Below are positions 12,639 to 27,094 of a stretch of 64,000 nt of DNA, piece by piece. Source of the DNA: Eledone cirrhosa (lineage: Eukaryota); contig OZ024740.1 of NCBI GenBank assembly GCA_964016885.1, positions 255,130,001 through 255,194,000 on the forward strand. The letters run 5' to 3'. The notes under the pieces were generated by a model. That model saw only the letters and a program-made list of their open reading frames with translations, did not search any database and was not told the DNA's origin. The first letter of the stretch is position 1, and the number at the start of each line of letters is the position of its first letter. A program made the position numbers and the translations under genes.

Positions 12639-13707
12639 CGTTTATTACTGCTATATATATTTCGGTGACAGCCATCTTTGGCTGTGACCTCTTCAGGCAG
12701 TCCGAATTAGTGTGGTAGAGGTGTATAACTTTGTCAATACTCTGATATTCCCAGTTCCTGGTTGGGTTGTTATTTCACTGAGGAACTGGATCATATCTAG
12801 ATATACACCTCAACAACATGTGTACTCGTCTCTACCACACTAATTAGGACTGCCTGAAGAGGTCACAGCCAAAGGTGGCTGTCACCGAAATATATATAGC
12901 AGTAATAAACGAAGACAAATTTTAAACATTTGACTGATTTATTTTATTTTATATTTATATATATATATATATATACATATGTATGTGTGTATATATATAT
13001 GTATGTGTGTGGGTGGGTGGGTTGGGGGTCTGAGTGTGCATGGATTTATACGTGTGTGTGTGTGTGTCTAGTCCCATATGCATATACTTTGTACATGCAT
13101 GGATGTATACAAGTGTGTATGTGTGTGTGTGTGTATGTTTACACCCATGTCCACATCATGTTTCCTCACTCGTCTGTATAGACACATATGTATGTATATC
13201 CTATGTATGTGTGTATGCGTGTATATATGTAAATATAGTTCCTTATGTATATGATTTTATATACACTCTGTATCTCTTCGTGTATAAATATCTTCCAAGT
13301 GCACTACCCCACCACCTCATTAACTCCTTGTAGCATGAGTCCCCTTAATAAACCCTTACGACACCCAAAACACCGCAATCTTTCATCCAGTATCATAAAC
13401 CGCACCACCACCACACCCACATGCGAAAACATTCTTTAGAATTAACCCACCAATCAAACTAAATTTCACTGACCAGCATATGTACATTAGATTTTCTCGT
13501 ACAACATGTATATTCATTCTATCATTACCACCAAAAAGGGTCTGACGAGCCGTTGATTACAGAGTCGGACTAGATCGATATAGATCGAACCTTGAGCTGA
13601 TCGGTGGCGAAACGCGCGTCACCAACCAATAAACGTAATGAAGGAGTAACCACTCGCCCTTGTTTTATTTTATTGCATGTATATATATATAGAGAGAGAT
13701 ATTTTTA

Positions 13708-13758
<51 letters not shown>

Positions 13759-13778
13759 TTTTTAATATGATATACGTA

Positions 13779-13790
<12 letters not shown>
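12638..13790. repeat. Right arm of the composite inverted repeat
   Basis: Reverse complement of 5775-6966. Confidence 0.9.
13539..13623 (+). ncRNA. Type I HHR with long stem II, family H (minus copy 5924-6008)
   Basis: GGT CTGACGA GCCGTTGATT...GATCGGTGGC GAAA CGCGCG TC ACC. Confidence 0.8.
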
Positions 13791-13864
<74 letters not shown>

Positions 13865-13865
<1 letters not shown>

Positions 13866-14235
13866 CTGCCTCAATACAAATCTTGAGAAGCTAGGCTTCA
13901 CAGGAACAGAAAGAACACAACTAGTTAGGAAATTACAAGTACAATCCATTAATGGAACAGTAAAAATATGTAAAACGTTCCAAAAATTTTGCATCTAATA
14001 ACTGCATATACACATGTACAGATACAAAGCATATACACATGCACACATACAACTGAAAACATCCACATCCACACATACAATAACATCCATATCTACACAT
14101 GCATGCATACATACATATCTACCTAGTTGATGTGTAAATTCCAATGAGAGAGTCTTGTGTCTATGTTAGAAACCGACTCTCTCTCTATTGGTAAAACTTT
14201 GTGAAATTATAAAACCAGAAGAACATACATACATA
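13865..14235 (+). mobile_element. 3' end of a Dong/R4-like LINE (same family as 25785-26160)
   Basis: Encodes NLEKLGFTGTERTQLVRKLQVQSINGTVKICKTFQKF. The 3' UTR matches 25920-26150. Confidence 0.7.
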
Positions 14236-14242
14236 CATATAT

Positions 14243-15024
<782 letters not shown>

Positions 15025-16144
15025 ATATATACAAGATGTACATACGTATGTGTACCCACACGCATGTGAGGGACCATGTTGTGAGCGTGGATGTAAACGT
15101 ATACACACACACAGACGGACACGCTCGTATATATCCATGCGCCCACACACACATGCATGCATACACACACGCACTTATGTACACACACACACATGCATGC
15201 ATACACACACGCAATTATGTACACACACACACATGCATGCATACACACACGCACTTATGTACGTGTACATACACCCATATATATATACACATGGACATAA
15301 ATAAACACACCCGCACACATACGTACATGGACAAATATACACAGACGTGCACCCGTATACACATCACCCCACACAGGCGCGCGCAGGGTTCACGCGGTGT
15401 TAGATGTGTGCGCCTTATATTCATCTTGTGCAGTCATGCTGGCCCCGCGGGCCTGCGCACGCGCTGTATGAATTTCCGGACGCATTGACGCGTACAGGCA
15501 TCGTACATACGTGGTAGAAAGGGTATGAGGATCGATGTTGAATAGTGGTGGTGAAATTACAGGTACAATATTTGGAGATGCGAACAGTTGCGGTGAACTG
15601 TATGTTGCTGGTTGTATGTTCGTGCCTCGTTGGAATGTGGTATCTGACATTTACAGGATCAGAAGCTTACAACGGGTTACAGATTAAAGTATGACAAAGA
15701 AAACAATGGTAATGAAATGAGAAATAGTGTGATAAAGCATTGGTGATTATCCCTATGTTGAGTTCAAGTCAGGTTTGTCCGTGGCACATGGTCAAATGTC
15801 AGGGTGAAGAAGGTGTTCTTCCTTGTTTGTCTGCAGTTTTTGAAATGTCAACACTTCCGGTTGGCCATCGCTTAAATAAACATACTAATTTTCTGTCACT
15901 AATTTTCCCCTAATGCAGTTTATATATAATATCGTCTTTTTTAATGTATCATGGATTACGTTACTGATTACATAAGAGAGTGTAACGCAGTCTTCGTTCA
16001 ATTTCTATGTATTATATATTGTCAATTACGATTTTATTTGATGTATCATATCTACATGTATATATACCTGCGTATAATATCAATATACACACTACACATG
16101 TTAGTAGAAAACCACCCGAGGGTGGTTTTTCTGCTAGTATATAT

Positions 16145-16682
16145 AATAAACATAATCTGAGTTTTTCGAATATTAATAATAATATTCGATTCGTTTGCAA
16201 TTAAGCCTCTTTTTTAAAGAAGCCTCTTTTTTAAAGCCATGTCAGTAGAAAGAGCCTCTCATTGGCTCTCATTGGCATGCAAACGAATCGAATATTATTA
16301 TTAATATTCGAAAAACTCAGATTACATTTATTGTATTCAGCAATGTAGAGCGAAAAATATTTTTTTATTTGAATATAGCAAAGTCGGCCATTAATCGCTC
16401 GTATCAGTCACTGTATATTCTAGAAAATATCATATATTTTCACTATCTCTGACAGTTGGCAGGTGAACAGTGAACTGTACTGATGAAGGGTGATACCCAG
16501 AAACTTTAGTGTCTACAGTTCTGTTTACATGCTAACACAAGAGCAAAAATGAGGAGGTTATTCTTCTGATATGGCTTTAAAAAAGAAGCTTGTTTGCATA
16601 ATTGCAAATGAATCGAATATTATTATTAATATTCGAAAAACTCAGATTACATTTATTGTATTCAGCCATATAGAGCGAAATT
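16145..16682 (+). mobile_element. Family G element with inverted and direct terminal segments (related fold-back at 26838-27058)
   Basis: The CGAATATTATTATTAATATTCGAAAAACTCAGATTAC block is inverted at 16150-16200 and direct at 16285-16355 and 16610-16680. Confidence 0.7.
16473..16520 (+). ncRNA. Type I HHR, family G
   Basis: AACTGTA CTGATGA A GGGT-GAT-ACCC A GAAA C-TTTAGT-G TC TACAGTT, with a 7-bp stem I. Confidence 0.8.
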
Positions 16683-16696
16683 TATATATATATATA

Positions 16697-17030
16697 ATTT
16701 GTTTTGCAAGGTTTTTGATATGAAATCGTGTGTCGAAACATATATTGTTATACTTGGGGAGGCTCATATTGTTGTAATAATATTGCCAGAAATAATAACA
16801 GAACACACTCACTGTTTAGTTGGTTTTCGCTTCTGTATCTTTTATATCTCCATAATTAATTCATTTGGCCATCAACGTTTATCATGGATTGACCAACGGT
16901 TAAAAATACAGATTTAAATATATACATATATAGTCTATCAAAGTTCTTTCGTTGCACATCTGCAACTTCATCAGTGGTACTATTATGTTCCCTAATAGCT
17001 CTGTTGAAATGGTCATGTGCCTACAATGAA
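16697..17030 (-). mobile_element. Family E PLE 3' terminus with HHR (16936-16979)
   Basis: Homologous to 43205-43720. Minus: TACCA CTGATGA A GTTGCA-GATG-TGCAAC GAAA GAAC TT TGATA. Confidence 0.75.
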
Positions 17031-17079
17031 ACACGCCCACACATGCCCTCACTCCCACACACACGCACACGCACAAACT

Positions 17080-17208
<129 letters not shown>

Positions 17209-17340
17209 ACATATATACACATATACATACATACACATACATACATATATACACATACATACGTACATATATATATATATATAAATTAATAAAAACAATG
17301 AAATAAAAACAAAGGACAGGTTCCTTGTATTGAAAAAAAT

Positions 17341-17479
17341 CATCATTTTACGATCGTTTCTGGGATATATATGTGTGTTGGTATGTATATCATGTTAAAG
17401 ATCTATGTAAAAAAATATTACAAATTATCAGAGGAGATATACATACCTTCACATATACATGTTAGCTTCAGAAATGATG
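17341..17479 (-). ncRNA. Possible HHR with very long stem II (core CTGAAGC)
   Basis: Minus: CATCATTT CTGAAGC...GAAA CGATCG TA AAATGATG, perfect 8-bp stem I. A similar 3' half sits at window positions 9-28. Confidence 0.45.
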
Positions 17480-18240
17480 AAGTATGTTTATTGAAAGAAA
17501 CAAAGTATTAATATAAAAGGTCTGTTTGGGAACAGGTTTTGAATTGACCAATAGAAAAGAGTTAGAGGTCAAGTTGATAGAATTACAGTAGTAGAACTTT
17601 ATGCTAGGAGTGGAGGAATGTAAATTTATGCTTTGGATGAAAAGAATACAATGGGGAAGAGAAAGATAGGGGTTAAAATGAGGTCAAGTCAAGGAGATAG
17701 TGAAGGAGTCCCCAAAAAATGTTGATATTATTAAAAAATGCTGTTAAAAGCGAAGGGAAAGAAATTTGTGGGATGGGAGTGTTAGTGAGAAATACTGATC
17801 CTATTTAAATTTCAAGGAACCTAGATACATAAAAGGAAATTAAATTTATTGATAGGTATACTTACAGAGTTAAAATTATATTAATTCTTATGAATGTGAT
17901 AAATATAGAAGTAAAAAAAAAAAAAAGTAAAAAATATATATAGAAAAACTGAAATAGATAACATTTTATAAAAAGCAGTGTATCTATCTAAACATCCATA
18001 ATATTAAAGATATTTATGAATTATATTTAATAATCCTAGGTATTAAATGTGATAAATAGGGGATGCGGTTAAAAGAAGTAATGAGGTTAAAGATAACTTT
18101 AGGTAAAGTGAGCTGTAAGAGGGAAATAAAATTATGAAATTCTCTATAGTAAATTTCTAATTATAGGTTAACTAAATTAAACATTTTTTTTAAAAATTAA
18201 TCAATGATTTGTAAAATATAAGAGTGAGGTATATATATAA

Positions 18241-18655
18241 GAGTCGATTCCTATCTTCATTGGCGGCTCGCCTAACCGAGGTAACTGATGATGCTCGTGA
18301 GGGCGCTTCGTTGTTCCAGTGCATCAGCCTCGCCATCACCCGAGGTAACGCTGAGAGCGTGCTGGATTGCCTCAAAAATTATTAGAGAGGTTCGCCAGTG
18401 CTCCTCGCGATAATGTTATCTTTTACTCTGGTAGCTGCTCGGTTGTACACCCCTTTCGCCTGCCTTTTGTAGTATGTGGTCCCAGATGTGTGTGCTAACT
18501 GCTTCTGTATTTGTTTGTTTTCTTTTCTTTTCACTTTCCTTTCCTGTTTCTTTTTTTTGTTTTCCCTTTCCTTTATATTACATTTGTTCGTGCTTTCGTT
18601 CTGTAAACATTGTATTATTATTATATTTCTTTTTATACAACTATGAATAAAGTGT
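18241..18655 (+). mobile_element. CRE-like non-LTR retrotransposon 3' fragment
   Basis: Translates SRFLSSLAARLTEVTDDAREGASLFQCISLAITRGNAESVL, resembling the QRxSxAIQRGNA C-terminal motif. Ends near AATAAA. Confidence 0.65.
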
Positions 18656-19519
18656 ATTTCAGGATCTAAGTCCGTAATTCTTCAATGGATCATATGAAAA
18701 TGCAGCTCTTACTTATTTATTCTGCCTTGAAGAATCGTTTGTGCTCGTCGAGTTTACATCACAACTCTCATTGCCTCTATTGAACCTCTGTTTGTTGCGA
18801 TAGTCTTTCTTCTTGCCTTAATCTTTCTGTTTCCTGTCTCAGGTTCTCTACACTTTCAGAAAGTTGCGATCATCTTTCTTGTCTTAACCTTCCTATTTCC
18901 CGTCTCATAGTCTGCTGAATGTCACAATGTTTACTTGTCCCTTTATTCCCAAGTCTTTTTTTATATTATTCGTGAGTTTCTCTTTTACTTAAAGATTTTA
19001 CCCGTTTGGTGGACATTGCAACGCACCCCCACCACCACCCCTCCCATCGATGAGCGGTGTTTTGGTGACATGATGAAATTAATCTTATTGGAAAATATCG
19101 TGAAAAAAACAATACAAAGCAATTTTTAAAAATAGAAATAAATGCAAATAGCAGCCTTAGAGAATAGGTTGACACTGTCATCTGAATTAAGTCAATAACA
19201 TGTGACACTATCCTCAAAAAGCTAAATTAATGTACACCGTAGATTAATTTCAAATAGTATCAATTGTTTCTGTGTTCTGTGAAATCAAAGACTGGTGAAA
19301 ACAACTTTATAAAAGCTAACGCAATATTGTTAAACATTCATCTGATACTTTCATCTATAGTTTAAGACGATTCTAGACTTCACACACATGCACACACACG
19401 CACAAACACACACACACACTCTCTATCTCTCTGAATATCTAACACTTTAATTGTAGCTCTCTCTGTATAACAGCCTCTCTCTCTCTGCCTCCTCTTTTGT
19501 CTCTCTCTCGCTCTGCCTG

Positions 19520-19565
<46 letters not shown>

Positions 19566-19612
19566 TCTCTCTCACTCTCTCTCCCTCTCTCTGCTCCTCT
19601 CTCTCTCTCTAT

Positions 19613-19927
19613 CTATCTATAAACTCTTCCTCCAAAGCACCTGAAACCCTGAAATGGCGTTGGTCCTTGAACAATATGCAGAAGTAGCCGTAAATAAAAA
19701 CAATCTCTGTTGTTGGGGTGGTCATTATAAACATGCCCAATAGCATTACTTACGTTGACTTCATGACCTTCCACTAAATGACCCTGCCTCCTTTGATTGC
19801 AGGTCTTGCAATTGGTCCAGGTGTAGTATGTTGGGATGTCAGCATATAGGAGAGATCGAAGAAATTCATCATTCTGGCAGAGTTTTAAAAAAGCAGTTAG
19901 AGTAGAGTCAGGTGGTGCTTGTGCCAA
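19613..19927 (-). pseudogene. Helitron Rep/helicase fragment
   Basis: TLTAFLKLCQNDEF..LLYADIPTYYTW..IGHVY..HP..CFYLRLLLHIVQGPTPF resembles the Helitron inter-domain region. Confidence 0.8.
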
Positions 19928-19929
19928 CT

Positions 19930-21459
19930 GATGAATAATATAGAATATGTAAATAATAACAATCCAAGTATTATTCCTAATAATAATAATAAAAATAATA
20001 ATAACATATATAAGAGTAACTCTAATAATTATAACTCAAACACACATACGTTAAATAAATCGAGAATACGAACTAGATCTAAACCAGTCATATGGTTTTC
20101 ACCCCCTGCTTCGGTCGCAGTTAAAACACCAATTGCAAAACTATTCTTTAAATCTCTTGACACCTCTTTCCCTACTCAACATAAATACCATTCCATTTTT
20201 AATAGACATACCATTAAATTCGCAAATTCTACAACCAGTAACATGGCCCAAAACATCGCCAAATTAAACGCCAAAATCCTAAAACCAAACCAACATAATG
20301 ATCATAATAATAGAGTTAACATTAATGATACTAAACCAAAATGTAATTGTAGAAATAAAAATAATTGCCCTTTGCAAAATAATTGTTTAGATAGTAATTT
20401 AGTTTATAAATGCACCGTAAAAACTGACCATAAAACATACAATTACATTGGATCAACCTCGTCCACAATCAAGTTTCGTTTCGCGAACCATAAATGCTCA
20501 TTCTCGAACTCTAAGAAGAAATCATTCACGTCTTTATCACAGCTCATATGGTCTTTAAAAGAGAAGAATTTAGAATACTCCATTCTTTGGACAAAACTTC
20601 GGAACTGTGGAATTTACCGCAACTCTAGTATACCAAATAACTGCCCGCTCTATACAATGGAGACTCTGTTGATTATTAATAATTATGAGACCCTAATTAA
20701 CAAAAAAGTGAATTATTCGCTAGTTGCGTCCATAAAGCTACGTCCACTTTTTAGCCTCACATAAAACGAGAAAGAAAGAACCAATAACAACTCGGTTACC
20801 AGGAATATATAATCAACAGTAAAAAACATCAATGGTCTTTAATATTGCTTTATTTTATAACTATCTATAGAAAAAACAACGTTAGAATGAATGACAATAT
20901 TTCAATTAACACGCCTAAACATTGATACACACGACATTATTTGTTAACTTTGATCAACACCATCATTTCATTATTTCTATCTATAATTTAGTACAATACC
21001 TAATCCTTACATATTTATGGAATTTATTTAACTGTGAATTTTTAATACATTTGTGATCTCTTTTAAATTTTAGTTTAATACCCAATCCATAAATTTTTAT
21101 GAATCTTATCTATAACTCCAAATTTTTAATGAGTTTTTGATTTATTATTTATAGTATAATATAGCATATATTTCTTTTAAATATACTTACTGTACTATAA
21201 AATCTAAATTTTGAGACGGATTCAAACATATATAAATGTGAATTTTTCGCTGTACTTTCGATCTCTTATTTATTTATAATATAATGTATTATAATATATA
21301 TGTAGTTATATATTGTATTTTATATATTTTTAAATATTTTAAAATATACCTACCACATTTCTATATATATGATTCAAATATAGAGAAAATATCCAAACTA
21401 AAAATTATTATAGACATTATTTTGAACTCTGTATTATCCATGCACTCATTGTTGTTTTT

Positions 21460-21499
<40 letters not shown>

Positions 21500-22486
21500 A
21501 ATGTAACACGTTGAACTCTACTTTATAAAATTATAACTGCTATCATTTACCTAAAGTATACTACACTAATAATAGCTAATATATATCTATATATATACAT
21601 CCCTATATCTAATAATATGTTCATATCTTGGTTGAAGAATAATTAGTACATTTACACCCAGTTATACATATGTATATATTTATCCTTAACATATTATTTT
21701 TATTTTTATCTTCGTCATTATTATTTACCTTAAACATACTGGCTCATTAATATATACCTATATACATAATAGTTATTTAAATATTTATAACAATAAGTAC
21801 TTCAAAAGCTTTACATACCTAATATGTTGGTATCTTTGTTAAGGTTTAAATTTAAGTAAATAATCAACAGTATAATATTTCATTCTTTATGTGCCAGCTA
21901 AATCCTTTAAATGTTATTCTCACAATTCAGAAGTTTAGAAATGATAACACACTTATCGAATTTATATAAATAATATATAAATAACTAGCAGATAATCCTG
22001 AAATCTGGAGTCTTCACCCTAATATTATAACCCCCCCCCCCACACACACACACTTTATTTTTCCCTTTATATAAATCTTTTTTCAGTGGCTATCACTGGC
22101 TGTTATGATTCATGAGACGTTTTCCTAGATATATTGTAGTATCATACACTTTAAAATTTTAGAACTCTTACAGTATGCAACGTTTTTTATTACTCACACA
22201 TTCTCTAATGAATTTATTACGTTTTCGCATTTTCTCATAGATGGGATATAAGTAAAATTTTCTATCGGGTTAATCACTACCTTGATTAAATCTTAACCAT
22301 TTAACATCTCAGGGTATGTCATATATCATTATATTTTGTCTGATGAGGATGTACTGTTGTACATCCGAAATATGTATAATAAAATGTAATTGATCAAAAG
22401 AATATCTATGTTATTAATACTTATATTTTAATATTAATAACTCCAGAAAATTATTTTCCGTTGAGTGCTTGCAATCTACTGTAAAA
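19930..22486 (+). mobile_element. 5'-truncated PLE: linker/GIY-YIG ORF remnant (19919-20764), ~1.6-kb AT-rich 3' UTR, HHR and tail
   Basis: VIWFSPP..IFNRHTIKF..CNCRNKNNCPLQNNC..NLVYKC..YIGSTSSTIKFRFANH..SLSQLIWSLK. HHR at 22333. Confidence 0.85.
22333..22385 (+). ncRNA. Canonical minimal type I HHR (family D type)
   Basis: ATTTTGT CTGATGA GGATGTAC-TGTT-GTACATCC GAAA TATGTA TA ATAAAAT. Confidence 0.9.
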
Positions 22487-22525
22487 CTCATTCTTTGACA
22501 ATCATTGAATATTGTTTAACAATTT

Positions 22526-22557
<32 letters not shown>

Positions 22558-22561
22558 TACA

Positions 22562-22639
22562 CAGGGTGTCCCCCAAAAATGTATATACACTTTTTATTAG
22601 AATTCTGTTGAAGTGTGTATATATTTTTGGGACACTCTG
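22562..22639. mobile_element. Tiny Tc1/mariner-type MITE
   Basis: TIRs CAGGGTGTCCCCCAAAAATGTATATACAC and GTGTATATATTTTTGGGACACTCTG in a TA context. Confidence 0.6.
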
Positions 22640-23222
22640 TATATATATATATATTTATATATACAAAAACATATACAGTAAACACTCACACATACACATG
22701 CAAACACATACATATACGGAGGCGAGTATAATGAGAAAAACGATCAAAAAGAGGCACTGAAACATTTTCGCACTCTCATTAATATTTAAGTGTGTAGATA
22801 TACACACAGTGGAACCTCGTTTCAAGAATTTAAAAGAATGGAAAGTAAGAAAATATTGCAGAGGAGCCCGGCAGTACGGTGTCCACGCATGAGGTCTCAA
22901 CAGTGACCGGTGAGAAGGGCAAGCGGTCGGACAATCCCCAATATCTATTTATCTTCCTTTCCTCTGCATAGCGGGCTGCAGTACCGGAGTTTATGGCCGA
23001 AGAGACGAAGTTGGATGTGGAGAATATGTCACATGTGGCGAATATGTCACATGTGGCGTCCTAGATGAGGGATCTACCTCCTTCGAATGGGAAGAGGGTC
23101 ATTCCACTGGTGTGATTGCCGTCTCTACGGTCAAATCCCTGCTGGCTCCAGTTGTGATGGGAAACCATCAACGACCGCCCCGCAACGGCATTTATGTGGT
23201 TAACACACGTGGAGCGTACTGG

Positions 23223-23705
23223 TTAAGGAGGGTACAGAATTGATCCACGCGCCGCTGTGGGACAGGCGAGGCCGTGTTGGTCCAAGCCAGACTCGATCCG
23301 CCCGAAAGAAGACCTACATTTGATGTCATTCCAGTTATGTTGGACATTTGTATACTGGGACACAGAGAGGCCTTTGCCTGTCCAGAGAGGCCTTCGCTTG
23401 TTCAAGCTCTGAGGCCACGCCAGGTTCGGCCGTCTGGTTGCGAATATCGCTGACGTGTGCATCACTGGAAGAAATTGAGGAAAGGTAGGCAGGTAGAGCC
23501 AGATCTGAAGCTGATCGGAAGCCGAGGCCACCGAACCTCGCTGGGAGCTTCGCCTGTTGTCAGCCGACGCTGTCGAAATTGACATCGCAGATCAGTTCCG
23601 CACAGTTTTGGATGGTGGCATCGAGTTCACCGAGGTCCTCGTGGGGGTAACAAGGTGCACCACGCAACGTGAACATAAATTTAGCGAGGGCGAAAGCTCC
23701 TGCGA
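23223..23705 (-). pseudogene. CRE-like LINE fragment (post-RT region)
   Basis: Manual minus translation FALAKFMFTLRGAPC...QQAKLPARFGGLGFRSASDLALPAYLSS, with stops. Confidence 0.7.
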
Positions 23706-24062
23706 AAGATCCTTCGTGTGTCCTGGCGCGACCGAGTGCGAAACGAGGAGATCCTGCGGAGAGCCGAGTCGTGGACGCTACAGAGAGTGGTCACGGAGCG
23801 TCGGTGCCGTCTGGCTGGCCATATTCTGCGTCTTCCAAATGAACGGCATTCAAAAACAGCGATGAACTGGACTCCGCTTGGCTGTAAACGGAGGCGGGGT
23901 TGCCCAAGTATCACCTGGCGACGAACGTTCCGGAAGAACCTGATGGCAGCCAACATCACCTGGCACGGTCTCGAAAAAGTTGCCGCTGGTCGTGACCGTT
24001 GGCAAGTACCTACTGCTCGATGCGCCGAACGGCGCGGAAGAATCTAAGACTAAGACTAAGAA
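23700..24062 (+). mobile_element. RTE-clade LINE 3' end with (CTAAGA)n tail
   Basis: SWRDRVRNEEILRR..LAGHILR..KRRRGCP..TWRR..DRW, followed by CTAAGACTAAGACTAAGA. Confidence 0.85.
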
Positions 24063-24453
24063 GTATATATATACATACACACATGATGGCTGCCCCCTCG
24101 TTATCGAGTATGGCCATTACTAATAATTATTAATTAATTCTATCGTGCAATGCCTGTGTGTGAAGATATTTTTTAAAGTGAGGAAAGACTGTGCACTGAG
24201 CCAATCCCACTCTCTGAGCGACAGTAGCTATAACCTGAAAAGAAGAAAAGATCAACATCATCGGTAACTACTGAGCCGCAGGTTTTATATCGGAGTTATC
24301 CCAGTTTCCCGAGTTGCCTTCTAGAAGTGTTTTATGTATATGTATGAGTGTAACATATGAGATGTCAACATTAATGGACCTGTTATTTTTCTCTAAGAAC
24401 ATTTTTCCAACTCCACCCCGCCCGTCCCTTCAATTCTTCTAATTCTCATTCTT

Positions 24454-24489
24454 TCTTCTGATGAAGGACTAGCGTGCGAAACGTTAAGA
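24454..24489 (+). ncRNA. Degenerate minimal HHR
   Basis: TCTT CTGATGA AGGAC-TAGC-GTGC GAAA CG TT AAGA. Confidence 0.5.
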
Positions 24490-24587
24490 CCCTCTTCCTG
24501 CTATTTCAAGCGTTAACCTTCCATATACTGTACCGATTGTATTGTTATTTCTGTTTTCCTTTTACACACACACACACACACACACAT

Positions 24588-24634
<47 letters not shown>

Positions 24635-24749
24635 AACATACATACATGCATACATACATATTACACCCGATTAAGAAAAATGTGGTCATCGGAATAATCT
24701 GCGCACAATAAAACAATGGCTCAGAATGTGTTTGCTTTGCCTGTTCTAA

Positions 24750-26160
24750 CACAAACGTTTGGAAACTCTATTGGACGAAAGACGAAATTCGAGCAATTGA
24801 TGTTAAAACCTTACAAATCCTAAACAACACCGGAAACTTCTACATCAACAGTGACATAGGCTGCCTCTACTTGAGACGTAAGCAGGGAGGCAGAGGCCTA
24901 ACATCAGTCAAGACAGCATTTGAGTGTCGCATCATATCCCTCCGATATCTACGAGTGTAGGAGCCCATCTATTGAGCAAGTCTGTCTGCATGATACAGAT
25001 AAGATCATGAGAGTTAGGAAGGAACTCATTGCAAGATACTCCCTGCATGATAATCAAAGATTCACACCCAGGGAAATTGCCCAGCAGTACCGTAATGATC
25101 AAAAGCTGTGTGCTTATCAGCAAAAAATCATGCACCGATATATTGCTAGGAGGCTCCATAGTGAGAGTAAAGGACATAGTGAGAGTAAAGGACATAGTGA
25201 GGGCAAGCAAAGTAGTCATCACGGACTAACAACCGCTATATTGGCTCGCACATTGAAGGATATGGTTTTGCAATCCAAGAACAGAAAATCAATACAAAAT
25301 ACCTGATTCATAAAAGAGATAGGGATACAGGCAAAACACCTAGATGAAGATGTCACCCATGTCATAAGCAGCTGTCCAAAAATGTCATCACGCTACTATC
25401 TACCCATGAGTCATGATGTCGTGGCCAAAACACTATACAATGTAATCCGTAGAAAGGATAGCCCCGACAATAAACATATTAAATACTACAGCAATCTGGA
25501 AAACATACATATATACTTAATATGAAAGAGTACTGGTGAAATGTTCCAGTAAAACCCCCCAATAAAATGCAGGCATAACAGACCAGTTATAATGATATGG
25601 TAGAGAAGTGGGAGTTGGTTGCCCACATAATATTAAAGATTAGCGAAAAGGAGAATATCTATGCAGAACTAATGGGAAATCTGCAGATACTCCACCCTGA
25701 CTATACCTTCAGATTTATACCTGTGATTATTGGGGCACTGATTATTGGGGCACTGATTATTGGGGCATTGATATATTAGTAACTAGGTACAAATCTTGAG
25801 AAGCTAGGCTTCACAGAACCAGAAAGAACACGACTAGTTAGAAAATTACAAATACAAACCATTAATGGACCAGTAAAAATATGTAAAACATTCCAAAAAT
25901 TCTGCAGCTAATAACTGCCTGTACACATGTACAGATACAAAACATATGCACACGCACACATATAACTCAAAACCTCCCCATCCACACATACAATAACATC
26001 CATACATGCACACACACGCACACATGCAGATATGCATACATATCTACCTAGTTGGTGTTGTTTAAATTCCAATTAAAGTCTTGTATCTATGTTAGAAACC
26101 GACTCTCTCTCTATTGGTAAAAATGTATAAACTTATAAAACCAGAAGAACATACATGCAT
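24750..26160 (+). pseudogene. Decayed Dong/R4-like LINE 3' half
   Basis: WTKDEIRAIDVKT..SDIGCLYLRRKQGGRGL; HVISSC..HDVVAK; HNRP; FIPVIIGAL; several frameshifts. Confidence 0.75.
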
Positions 26161-26203
26161 AAACATATGTGTGAGTGTGTGTGAACACATACAACTCACA
26201 CCG

Positions 26204-26244
<41 letters not shown>

Positions 26245-26246
<2 letters not shown>

Positions 26247-26688
26247 ATTAAACAAATGGAAATTACATTTATAAAACCATATTTATTTCATTATATATAT
26301 TTCAGGGATATCATATTAAAAATATGGTATGCCCTCTTCAGACAAAATACAATATATAGACAGTTTTATAAATAAATTTGACATACCTTAGAGTTTACAA
26401 CTTCCATTTAAAAAGTTGTTACGGTAACAATTTTTTAAATGGAAGTTGTAAACTCTAAGGTATGTCAAATTTATTTATAAAACTGTCTATATATTGTATT
26501 TTGTCTGAAGAGGGCATACCATATTTTTAATATGATATCCCTGAAATATATATAATGAAATAAATATGGTTTTATAAATGTAATTTCCATTTGTTTAATA
26601 TCATTAAATACTCCAAAACCTGTTGAGTGCTTTTATATCAGTTATAAAATATTTACTCGTTGTAACCCAACATTTTAAATAAAACTTT

Positions 26689-26692
<4 letters not shown>
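26245..26692 (+). mobile_element. Family D fold-back element with HHRs on both arms (26497-26562 +, 26283-26348 -)
   Basis: Near-perfect palindrome centred at ~26423 plus a ~90-nt unduplicated tail, in (TA)n. Confidence 0.85.
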
Positions 26693-26733
<41 letters not shown>

Positions 26734-26765
26734 GTATATATATATATATATATAAATATATATAC

Positions 26766-26840
<75 letters not shown>

Positions 26841-27059
26841 AAAAGTAATCTGAGTTTTTCGAATATTAATAATAATATTCGATTTGTTTGCAATTATGCA
26901 AACAAGCCAACACAAGAGCAAGAATGAAAGGCTCATTCTACTGACATGGCTTTAAAAACGAGGCTTATTTGCATAATTGCAAACGAATCGAATATTATTA
27001 TTAATATTCGAAAAACTTAGATTACATTTATTGTATTCAACCATGTAGAACGAAAATTT

Positions 27060-27094
<35 letters not shown>

